A stretch of 64,000 bases of DNA from a virus. How positions within the stretch are numbered: position 1 is the stretch's first letter; the number at the start of each line of letters is the position of its first letter. Positions 8,573 through 17,053 of the stretch are shown one piece after another. The stretch lies in IMG/VR virus record IMGVR_UViG_3300028581_000013; one strand, given 5' to 3'. A program made the position numbers and the translations under genes. A model generated the notes under the pieces. That model made no database searches and had not been told where the DNA came from. It saw only the letters and a program-made list of their open reading frames with translations.

Positions 8573-9457
8573 TTAATAACCATCCCATTCAGAATATTGA
8601 AATGGTCCAGTTTCTTCATAATAATCTTGGCCAGATTCATATTCTAAAGGATATGGTGCTTCTTCCGATACATAATCGTCCGTTCCACCAAACCATGATG
8701 ATCCTGAATCATCATAACCATCATAACCGCTTCGACCGGTGTTGTCATTTCCAATTGTTGTAAATGGATTACTTAAATCTGCTTCATCACCAAATGTGCC
8801 AAGTGAACCAATGCCACCCAAAGCAGCAGTGATTCTTGATATAACACTTAACAATAAAGAAGTGCCTAGTGCTTGTACTGAATTATTCATCCAGTAAGAA
8901 TAGGCAAATACTACTGTTAATTTGTGGTGACCATCAGCAGACCAATCTAAGTCTAATTGATTGACAGAAATTGGATAAGCATCAATCAATGTTACAGAAT
9001 AACTTTTATCATTTTCTACATCATATTGATTTATTGTAATATTTGAAACATAATCTGTTTTATATGTAAAATTAAAAGAATACGTTGGATTTATAAATTC
9101 TTGCCATGTATCAAAGAATATTCTTTCATTCATATCATCACTAACAATAAAAGTTAATGTTGTATCATTGTATGTTGGCTGATACGGAAACTTTTCAACA
9201 GGATTTGATCCTATTTTTCTGTCTGCTGTAGCAAATGTTCTGCTAGGCAGTTCTGCATTCTCACAACGCATCTTTAATATTCTTGACATACCTCTAAAAG
9301 GTATCAATGTAATGGGTACAGGTATTTCTACATCAAATTTATTAGGTCTTGCCACATCGGTGACAAAGCTCGATTTAAAGTCACTGATGCTACCGCTGGT
9401 ACCTGGTTCGTTACCAAAAAGGCCGATATTACCAAATAGGTTATCGAAAATGGCCAT
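8573..9457 (-). CDS. gp54: tail tube initiator / tube-like protein (gp54/gp19 family)
   Basis: ARPNKFDV, CENAELP, FFDTWQ, LIDAYPISV..L.W, LTVVFAY; acidic C-terminal extension. Confidence 0.75.
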   Translation of the reverse strand: MAIFDNLFGNIGLFGNEPGTSGSISDFKSSFVTDVARPNKFDVEIPVPITLIPFRGMSRILKMRCENAELPSRTFATADRKIGSNPVEKFPYQPTYNDTTLTFIVSDDMNERIFFDTWQEFINPTYSFNFTYKTDYVSNITINQYDVENDKSYSVTLIDAYPISVNQLDLDWSADGHHKLTVVFAYSYWMNNSVQALGTSLLLSVISRITAALGGIGSLGTFGDEADLSNPFTTIGNDNTGRSGYDGYDDSGSSWFGGTDDYVSEEAPYPLEYESGQDYYEETGPFQYSEWDGY

Positions 9458-9461
9458 TTAA

Positions 9462-10055
9462 CTATTTCCTTATTTGATCTAATGATTCTTGCCAGACTGT
9501 GGCTGGCTGTGCTTTGGCAAACATATGAATAGGTAAATATGCCGCAATGTCCCATTCATTTGGCTGTATGGCAAGTAATTTAGACTGAATTTGACCATAC
9601 AAATACTTTTTAAGACATGGCCGAAACTCTTTAAACCGCTTGGAGGCGCCAAGAATTTCATAGGTGACTCTCATCTTCTTAATATCATCTTTTCTGTCAA
9701 GGACAGCGAAATCCATGAGTTTCCCTAAAAATGCCAGTCTGTACTGTAATGGTAAATAATGTAAGTTAAGTCCCAAAATACCATCAGAATATTTCTCCAA
9801 TACCAATACCAAAGGAAATTTATCATAATAAGGTAAATCTTTTTTACCAATTGGATTATAATAAAAACAATATAATCCACCTAAACCAAAGGTATTCTTT
9901 TGTCTAAATTCTTCACGGTTAATAGCTGCTCGAACATTTGCTGGATTTACTAAATCCGAAATCTTTGATTTCATCCATTTCAAAGAGTCTTTCGACATCG
10001 TTTGAATTTCAGCAGATGACTTTTGATTTGCTAGTGTTGTAAGTTTAGATACCAT
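9462..10055 (-). CDS. gp2: DNA end protector, T4 gp2-like
   Basis: LPYYDKFPLV, GLNLHYLP, CLKKYL, W..A..LP...F. Confidence 0.92.
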   Translation of the reverse strand: MVSKLTTLANQKSSAEIQTMSKDSLKWMKSKISDLVNPANVRAAINREEFRQKNTFGLGGLYCFYYNPIGKKDLPYYDKFPLVLVLEKYSDGILGLNLHYLPLQYRLAFLGKLMDFAVLDRKDDIKKMRVTYEILGASKRFKEFRPCLKKYLYGQIQSKLLAIQPNEWDIAAYLPIHMFAKAQPATVWQESLDQIRK

Positions 10056-10063
10056 TTGATTAT

Positions 10064-10501
10064 TTAGTTGATTCCCAGATGATCTTCAGTCAGTAATTTG
10101 AACTCCCAACCACGATCCAAACAAAACTCGGTAGCCGCCTTCCATTTAGCTTGATTGACCCCCCAAGTGGTCACCTCGTTGATATACTGTTTCGTGACTC
10201 TTTTTCTATGTTCTGGTCGTTGAGTTTGTTTTTTAGGTTTAACTTCTAGTATCATAGTTTTTAAGAGACCATCTCTCGTTTTGATTTTAACCAAAAAATC
10301 AGGAAAGTATCGGTGCCTTTTTCCGTCTACGGGAGATATATAAGGAATAATCAATTCTTCAGAAGCCCAAGAAACAATGTTATCGTTTCTGTCGAGCCAA
10401 GACATTACCTTACATTCCCATGAGGACCGGTAAATGATGTTATTTGCATCCCCAACATACTTTTGAGGGTTTTTAGGTGTAAATCGTCCAGAATATGCCA
10501 T
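10064..10501 (-). CDS. gp4: head completion nuclease, T4 gp4-like (TnsA-type)
   Basis: MAYSGRFTPKNPQKYVGD, YRSSWE, HRYFPDF, EVKP, NQAKW.AA; start set at MAYSG (10501) rather than 10534. Confidence 0.93.
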   Translation of the reverse strand: MAYSGRFTPKNPQKYVGDANNIIYRSSWECKVMSWLDRNDNIVSWASEELIIPYISPVDGKRHRYFPDFLVKIKTRDGLLKTMILEVKPKKQTQRPEHRKRVTKQYINEVTTWGVNQAKWKAATEFCLDRGWEFKLLTEDHLGIN

Positions 10502-10533
10502 AAATACTATGTATAACTTTTTTAGAGGAATCA

Positions 10534-11742
10534 ATGGCTATCTTATCCATTCCAACATCCGTAGCTGGTGTATCGATACCATCAGGTCTATTTAACCCAA
10601 ATAGTCCACTAGCTTTATTATACGGCGGTCTTGGAGTTAAAACATACAAATATCCTTCAGATTTAGCAACCAGTCCATCAAAATCCCACTACGTTCAATT
10701 TTCGATATCAGAAATTATACCTGCAAGTTATAGTGGTGGTGGCCAAGTACCACTTAATGAAAATTTAATTGAGGGTGATTCTGTTGGTTTACCTGGATTT
10801 GGTGGTATAGCTCAAGAAGCTGGTTCTATGTCTGGTGATGAAAGCTCCTGGACAGAATCGAGCACAGGATTGTTTGAGTTATCTGAAGATTCTGGTTCGG
10901 GTGGATTTTTAGGTGATTTTGGTGCCACAATATCGAAAGGTTTAAAAATATCACCAACAAGAACTCAGCCAAAGGCTTTTGTTTCATTGTATATGCCAGA
11001 TACACTCAATGCACAATACAATGCTTCGTATGATGAATTAAAACTCACAGATTTGGGTTCGGGAATAAACACACTCAGAACAATTGACCAGTTGGCTGGG
11101 CCAGCAAAGTCCATTGTAGAATCGTATAAATCTGGTGGCGGAGGTCTTGGTGGTGTTGGATCAGCACTAAAACAAGCCGGTAATATAGCAGGCACAGATC
11201 CAGCCGCCATATCTTTAATTACACGGGGTGGCGCTGCTTTAGCTAATAAAGCAGGCTTTGGTGTAAATGGAGGAGCATTAGAAGATGTGTTGTTAAAAGG
11301 TCAAGGTTATGCCATTAATCCACAGTTACAAATGATTTATCGTGGTATTGGTTTAAGAAATTTTCAGTTATCATTTGTGTTCACACCAAACTCTCAAGGT
11401 GAAGCAAATGAAGTAAACTATATTATAAATTTATTCAAATATCATTTTGCACCAACATTAATATCTGCTAAAGAAGTTTCTTCCGACTCAATGTATTTGG
11501 TACCACCTTCAATCTTTAATGTTGAATTCATGATTGATGGTAAAGAAAATCCATTTTTACCAAAATATGGTAGTTGTGTTTTATCCGACATCGATGTTAA
11601 TTTTGCACCAAATGGTTGGGCTTCGTATGATGATGGTGCACCAGTTCAATCGACACTCACAATGACATTCAAAGAAACAGAGATATTAGATAAAGGCAAA
11701 ATACAAAAAGGTTATTATGGTGTTGAAGGAGGTTTAAGATAA
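10534..11742 (+). CDS. gp48: baseplate tail tube cap, T4 gp48-like
   Basis: YKYP.DL, SLYMPD, AINP....IYRG...RNFQ.SF.F.P, CVL.DIDVNFAP, LTMTFKETE. Confidence 0.88.
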   Translation: MAILSIPTSVAGVSIPSGLFNPNSPLALLYGGLGVKTYKYPSDLATSPSKSHYVQFSISEIIPASYSGGGQVPLNENLIEGDSVGLPGFGGIAQEAGSMSGDESSWTESSTGLFELSEDSGSGGFLGDFGATISKGLKISPTRTQPKAFVSLYMPDTLNAQYNASYDELKLTDLGSGINTLRTIDQLAGPAKSIVESYKSGGGGLGGVGSALKQAGNIAGTDPAAISLITRGGAALANKAGFGVNGGALEDVLLKGQGYAINPQLQMIYRGIGLRNFQLSFVFTPNSQGEANEVNYIINLFKYHFAPTLISAKEVSSDSMYLVPPSIFNVEFMIDGKENPFLPKYGSCVLSDIDVNFAPNGWASYDDGAPVQSTLTMTFKETEILDKGKIQKGYYGVEGGLR

Positions 11743-12374
11743 TGTTATATTTTCAAAACTTTCCTAAAATAGCCACCACAGATTATAAAAACAATGCTGT
11801 ATTGGCAACCAACTTGATGGCAAGAACAGCAATTATTCCATCTTTGTTGACTAATCCTTTATTGTTTTATTCATATGATATACAAGAAGGTGATACACCA
11901 GAAATTGTTGCAAGCAAATATTATGGTGATGTTAATAGACATTGGTTAGTATTATATGCTAATCAGATAATAGATCCACAATGGCAATGGCCTTTGACCT
12001 CACAACAATTAAAAATATACATTCAAGATAAGTATGCAGATGCAGCCAACACAGCCAATGTATCAAGTGTTATATCATATGCACAACAAACTGTAAAGTA
12101 TCATCAAAAAATATTTGGTACGAACAATAGTGAGGGTGGTAAGAGTCAACGAACTATGATTATTGATGAATCAGAATACAATTCAACTATACCAGAAACA
12201 ATAACACAGAACTTTCCAAACGGTGCAGTTGTACAAAGAAGTATTGCTATAAAAGCTTTGAGTATCTATGATTATGAAGTAGAATTGAATGAAAGAAAAA
12301 GAAACATATATTTAATTAATAACATCTACGCACCACAAATAGAAAACCAATTTAAACAATTGATGAGTCGGTAA
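11742..12374 (+). CDS. gp53: baseplate wedge subunit, T4 gp53-like (LysM-like)
   Basis: YFQNFP, Y.IQEGDTPEIVASKYYG, WLVL..N.I.DP...WP, YE..LNE.KR.I. Confidence 0.92.
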   Translation: MLYFQNFPKIATTDYKNNAVLATNLMARTAIIPSLLTNPLLFYSYDIQEGDTPEIVASKYYGDVNRHWLVLYANQIIDPQWQWPLTSQQLKIYIQDKYADAANTANVSSVISYAQQTVKYHQKIFGTNNSEGGKSQRTMIIDESEYNSTIPETITQNFPNGAVVQRSIAIKALSIYDYEVELNERKRNIYLINNIYAPQIENQFKQLMSR

Positions 12375-12377
12375 ACC

Positions 12378-13721
12378 ATGGCAGGTATTCTATATCCTAA
12401 GGACTATGCTCTAGTCAATTTATTGTTGGTCAATTCCGTACAAAATATGGATTTGAAAAACATCATGGTTGAACTGTCATACCATGAAGATATATTCAAC
12501 AACACGGCATCAGGTTATGTAATGGTTGCTGATTCTATGGGATACATTGAATTACTCAGTATGAATGGTACTGAATTTTTAAAAATGACTTTTGCTAAAG
12601 TTAATGGCCAATCTGAGGTTGATAAAACATTTAGAGTATATAAAGTTGATAAGAGAAAATTAGAAAACAATATGTACACCGAGTCATATTGTTTGTATTT
12701 TTGTTCTGAAGAAATGTTAATGTCTGAACAGTATAAAATATGTAAATCTTATCCACAATCTACCATATCAGATAATGTGTATGATATACTTAGTTATGAA
12801 TTAGGCATATCTGATGATAAAATGGAGATAGATGAAACGTATGGTGTGTATGATTTTGTTGTGCCTACTTTAAAACCATTTGATGCAATCAATTGGATGT
12901 CAAATTATGCTCGACCATCTGCAGGTGTTCCTGGTGCTGACATGGTATTTTTTGAAAACAAACATGGATTCAACTTTAAGTCATTACAAAAGTTAATGAC
13001 TCAACCACCATATTATAATTATAGTTACAATCCAAAAAATACTGATGAAAAGAACATGCACAGTAATGTTTACAACGTTACAACATATGAAATATTAAAT
13101 TCGTTTGATACATTACATGGTATAAACTCTGGTGTGTTTGCAAATCATTTGTTGTCTATTGATGTTTTAACTAGACGATTAAAAACTACAGAGTTTGATT
13201 ATATGGCTTATGAAAAAAAATCAAAATCTTTAAATAGATCACCAATTATAAATGATTATTCAAACATATATGGTGACAAATTAACAGATACTTCAAAAGC
13301 TGTATATAAATTAGCATTTTCTAATTTTAATCAAAAAATTGTAGAATATATAGAAAAAGAAGGACGTGATCCTGAAGATGAAGAAGTTGAAGGTGGCACA
13401 GTAGATTCGCCAGCTGTTGGTGCTGATATTTTTGCTGAAACTTTTATACCATATAGAACAGCACAACTATCATTAACAAACTATATCAGAATAAAAATAT
13501 CTGTGCCTGGAGATCCTGCATTGACTGTTGGTCAAACTTTGAATTTTTCTTTATTATCTTTGACACCAGAATCAAAAACACCTGATGCATATTATTCTGG
13601 CAAATACTTAATTACAGCAGTAAGACATATGATTACAATGAATGAATATAAAACTGTATTAGAATTGGCAAAAGATAGTGTACCTACAAAGTATGCTTCT
13701 GCTACAGGTACTTTGGAATGA
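12378..13721 (+). CDS. putative baseplate hub protein (gp27-like)
   Basis: Between gp53 and gp5; FFEN..GFNFKSL, VPGD..L.VG, YSGKYLITAVRH motifs of the gpD/gp27 hub fold. Confidence 0.7.
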   Translation: MAGILYPKDYALVNLLLVNSVQNMDLKNIMVELSYHEDIFNNTASGYVMVADSMGYIELLSMNGTEFLKMTFAKVNGQSEVDKTFRVYKVDKRKLENNMYTESYCLYFCSEEMLMSEQYKICKSYPQSTISDNVYDILSYELGISDDKMEIDETYGVYDFVVPTLKPFDAINWMSNYARPSAGVPGADMVFFENKHGFNFKSLQKLMTQPPYYNYSYNPKNTDEKNMHSNVYNVTTYEILNSFDTLHGINSGVFANHLLSIDVLTRRLKTTEFDYMAYEKKSKSLNRSPIINDYSNIYGDKLTDTSKAVYKLAFSNFNQKIVEYIEKEGRDPEDEEVEGGTVDSPAVGADIFAETFIPYRTAQLSLTNYIRIKISVPGDPALTVGQTLNFSLLSLTPESKTPDAYYSGKYLITAVRHMITMNEYKTVLELAKDSVPTKYASATGTLE

Positions 13722-13728
13722 GGATGAA

Positions 13729-14187
13729 ATGACAAAAGCGGTTAATAACTTTGCTGGATTAAATGGTTTTGTTTGGTGGGTTGGTGCAGTAGAAAACCGA
13801 GTAGATCCATTGGGTTTGGGTCGTTGTCAAGTTAGAATATTTGGTTGGTATGGTAAAGAAATACCAACAAAAGAATTGCCTTGGGCTCAAGCTGTATATC
13901 CAATCAATCACTCAAAACATTTTTCGGCACCAATGTTAGGCGATTGGATATTAGGATTCTTTATGGACGGAGAAAGTGGCCAATTTCCTTGTATGTTAGG
14001 TGTTATGCCTGGAACTTGGCAAGATCCAGATAGTTACAAGTTTGAACAGTCAGAAGATCCAGATATGACTGATACAGAAAAAGACCAATATAGTGATCCA
14101 GAAGAATTAGAAGGTTCAGATCCAAATGAAGTTACAGATTCTTATAATGCAGAGCCAACAGATACACCTGAAGAACCAGAAGAATAA
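13729..14187 (+). CDS. gp5: gp5 N-terminal OB-fold domain as a stand-alone protein
   Basis: FVWWVGAVENRVDPLGLGRCQVRIFG, LPWA, GFFMDGESGQFP..LG; acidic tail; start placed at MTKAVNN. Confidence 0.88.
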   Translation: MTKAVNNFAGLNGFVWWVGAVENRVDPLGLGRCQVRIFGWYGKEIPTKELPWAQAVYPINHSKHFSAPMLGDWILGFFMDGESGQFPCMLGVMPGTWQDPDSYKFEQSEDPDMTDTEKDQYSDPEELEGSDPNEVTDSYNAEPTDTPEEPEE

Positions 14188-14198
14188 AAGGAGATAAA

Positions 14199-14942
14199 AT
14201 GCCAGTATTAGCAGAAATTGAATATGATGAGAGTAAATACAATAGTGTTGTGGAAACTAATCCACCAAAGCCTTTATGGGTTGGTGATCGTTTGGATGTT
14301 CCTGGTCGGCCGACAACACCGGAATTGTCCAGAGGTCATAGAAACGGCACAGTAGTTTCTTTTACAAACTATCATACGATGTCTATTGATGATCCTAAAG
14401 TTACATTACCACAATATGTAAGAACTCAACACACAGCGGTAAGAAACACAGTTCGAACTAAAAGGGACAGCACCGAAAGTAAACAGTTAAATGAATCAAA
14501 AAGCGGTGCCATCAACACACAATTAAGTGAAGCAATTAAATGGGTTCGAGCCAAATTAAAACTAATAAATAAACTGTTAAAAACGATTGATAACTTCTTT
14601 AAAATGTTGGCAACAGTTGCCATGAAAATTAATCAAATCATAGCTTTTATTAAAGCGTTACCTGTTACTATTGTTCTTTTGATGGCCAAAATATTAGCTA
14701 AACTGATTTCAGCAGGCAAAGCAGCCGCTTCAGCTTCTGTTAGTAAAATTGGTGGTAGTGGTTCAAACAAAAGTTCTGGTTCTGAACTTGGTGGTTTATT
14801 GAAACAAACAAAACAAACATTAACTAGTGCTGCTTCAGTAGCTAGTAGTGCTTTATTATTAGGAACAAGTGTTGCTTTATTAGCCTCTACATTTTCTGGC
14901 TCGGGACCAACGAGTAAGAAAAAAGCTAAAAAAATACTATAA
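14199..14942 (+). CDS. hypothetical protein in the gp5 locus (middle segment)
   Basis: Own SD (GGAG); PTTPELSRG resembles the post-OB linker of gp5 homologues; amphipathic helical C-terminal half. Confidence 0.6.
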   Translation: MPVLAEIEYDESKYNSVVETNPPKPLWVGDRLDVPGRPTTPELSRGHRNGTVVSFTNYHTMSIDDPKVTLPQYVRTQHTAVRNTVRTKRDSTESKQLNESKSGAINTQLSEAIKWVRAKLKLINKLLKTIDNFFKMLATVAMKINQIIAFIKALPVTIVLLMAKILAKLISAGKAAASASVSKIGGSGSNKSSGSELGGLLKQTKQTLTSAASVASSALLLGTSVALLASTFSGSGPTSKKKAKKIL

Positions 14943-14950
14943 GGTAAGTC

Positions 14951-15763
14951 ATGGCAGAACAAGCGAATAACACTAGTATTTGGTATACACAGCATGATGT
15001 AAGACCAGGAAAATATCCGTATGTGAATATGACACAAACGGAATCTGGTCACATACAAATGATGGACGATACACCAGAGAACGAGAGAATTCGAACTCAA
15101 CATAGAACAGGAACATTTTATGAAATGTTACCTGACGGTTCCACAGAACACATTGTTTTGGGAGATGGTTTCTCTGTTTATATGAGGGACAGAAATATTG
15201 TTGTCAAAGGTACTTGTAACATAGAAATTTATGGTGATTCTAAACTTCATGTTGTTGGTGATTGTTATTCACAAATTGATGGTAAATTATATTCACAGGT
15301 TGCTGGTGATGTTAAAATTAATTCGGATGGTAACATTGATATAGTTGCTGCAAAAGAAATTAATATAGACGCTGGGGGTGAAAATGGAGATATAACATTC
15401 TCTTGTGAAAATGCTCTGACAATCAAAGGAGATTTGGCTGTATCAGGTAGTATAACCAGTGGTGGTTCTGTTAATGCAACAACAAACTTGACTTGTGGTT
15501 ACAAAGTATTCTCACAAGGCGGAATAGATTCAATTGGCGGTGTGAATGTTGGATTCACAGTACCTGGCTATGAAAATCCTGCAGGTAAAGTTGTTGCCAA
15601 CGATTCAGTATTATCACCAATGGTAACAGGAACAAATACTGTTCAAGGTGGTGTAGTAAAAGATTCTCAAGGATCAATGCAAACAACTCGAGCAAAATTC
15701 AATGGCCATAACCACAGTGCACCAAAAGGCGCAACTTCTCCACCTAATCAAAGAATGCCATAA
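14951..15763 (+). CDS. gp5: gp5 C-terminal beta-helix spike with HxH apex
   Basis: KYPYVNMTQTESGH....DDTPENERI...HRTGTFYE; VxG repeats; terminal FNGHNH. Confidence 0.85.
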   Translation: MAEQANNTSIWYTQHDVRPGKYPYVNMTQTESGHIQMMDDTPENERIRTQHRTGTFYEMLPDGSTEHIVLGDGFSVYMRDRNIVVKGTCNIEIYGDSKLHVVGDCYSQIDGKLYSQVAGDVKINSDGNIDIVAAKEINIDAGGENGDITFSCENALTIKGDLAVSGSITSGGSVNATTNLTCGYKVFSQGGIDSIGGVNVGFTVPGYENPAGKVVANDSVLSPMVTGTNTVQGGVVKDSQGSMQTTRAKFNGHNHSAPKGATSPPNQRMP

Positions 15764-15766
15764 TAA

Positions 15767-16645
15767 ATGACATCACTATTTGATAGATTACAATTTAATT
15801 TTGATCAAACCAAATTTGGTGCCGGCACAACTTTGTCTGAAGAATCTGTAAATACTATTTCAGACGCAGCAACAGATATTGAGTTATCAGATTGGCAACT
15901 TAATGATTTGGCGAATAACAATGTAATCACAACAAAATATTTTATTAATCCTGTCGCCAATGTTTGTGATAATTTTGGTGCCAATCTTTCAAATTTAATA
16001 ACATCCATATCAACATTATCTGTAATTGATAGTGATTCTTTAGCTTTATTAAATTCTTCATTTAATTGTATGATTCAAATTGATAGATTTAAATCTCATA
16101 CAGATAACGTTTCTGGTGTTGCTGAAACAACTGCTTCTAATACTATTCCTTGTTATTCAACAGCCATAGACACCGGTCAAATGTTATTAACAATATTAAA
16201 TAAAACTGATGGTATGGCCAATAGTTTACCTGCTATGGGATCATTTACAAGTATTTTTATAGAACCAGAACTAAATGCAAATAATGTATCGTTAGGCAGT
16301 AATTGCCAGATTTATATTAATTCTGTAAGCAGCAACACCACAAACTTATCATCTTCGGCAATCACATCTATTAAAAATGTGGTTGATAATTTAAATGGTT
16401 TTCTTTATACCAGATGGTCACATGATTGGACTTTTTATGGAAACTCAGTAAGCCTTTTAAATGATTACTTTAAAATAGACAATTTAAACAATATAGGCTC
16501 AACTCAGTCATATTTAATTGACAATTACATAGGCACAGAAACGATTAAAACCGATATTGCAAATAATAATGTTGTAATACCTGTCACAGAACCTCCTGTA
16601 GTTGTTCCTCCACCTTCATATTTTGAATATTTTAATCAATTTTAA
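15767..16645 (+). CDS. hypothetical virion-associated protein
   Basis: Asn/Ser-rich ORF between gp5 and gp25. Confidence 0.6.
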   Translation: MTSLFDRLQFNFDQTKFGAGTTLSEESVNTISDAATDIELSDWQLNDLANNNVITTKYFINPVANVCDNFGANLSNLITSISTLSVIDSDSLALLNSSFNCMIQIDRFKSHTDNVSGVAETTASNTIPCYSTAIDTGQMLLTILNKTDGMANSLPAMGSFTSIFIEPELNANNVSLGSNCQIYINSVSSNTTNLSSSAITSIKNVVDNLNGFLYTRWSHDWTFYGNSVSLLNDYFKIDNLNNIGSTQSYLIDNYIGTETIKTDIANNNVVIPVTEPPVVVPPPSYFEYFNQF

Positions 16646-16660
16646 CGACATAAATATTAA

Positions 16661-17053
16661 ATGGCAACAATTAAAAAACTATATTCTGACTTGGATCTGA
16701 CTTTCAGAAGGCTACCCGTGTCCAATGACGTAGCTTTAAGTTTTGATGAGCAAGCAGTCATTCGTTCGGTTAGAAATTTGTTATTGACTAATTTTTATGA
16801 AAGATTGTTTCAACCTACTTTAGGTTCAAACATCGATACATTATTATTTGAACCAATCACAGTTTTAACTGCTGGATTAATCAAAGCAGAAATTAGAAAC
16901 GTGATTAATAATTTTGAACCGAGGGTTACTATACAAGACATTGTTGTGGATCCTTCACCGGATAGAAATGCTTTTAAAGTTACTTTAACTTTTCTTATAG
17001 GAAACAATACTTTGCCGACTGCAGTTAATCTACTTCTTGAAAGGTCAAGATAA
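16661..17053 (+). CDS. gp25: baseplate wedge subunit, T4 gp25-like
   Basis: YSDLDL.F, AV.RSVRNLLLTN.YER.FQP.LGS, I.NFEPRV. Confidence 0.93.
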   Translation: MATIKKLYSDLDLTFRRLPVSNDVALSFDEQAVIRSVRNLLLTNFYERLFQPTLGSNIDTLLFEPITVLTAGLIKAEIRNVINNFEPRVTIQDIVVDPSPDRNAFKVTLTFLIGNNTLPTAVNLLLERSR

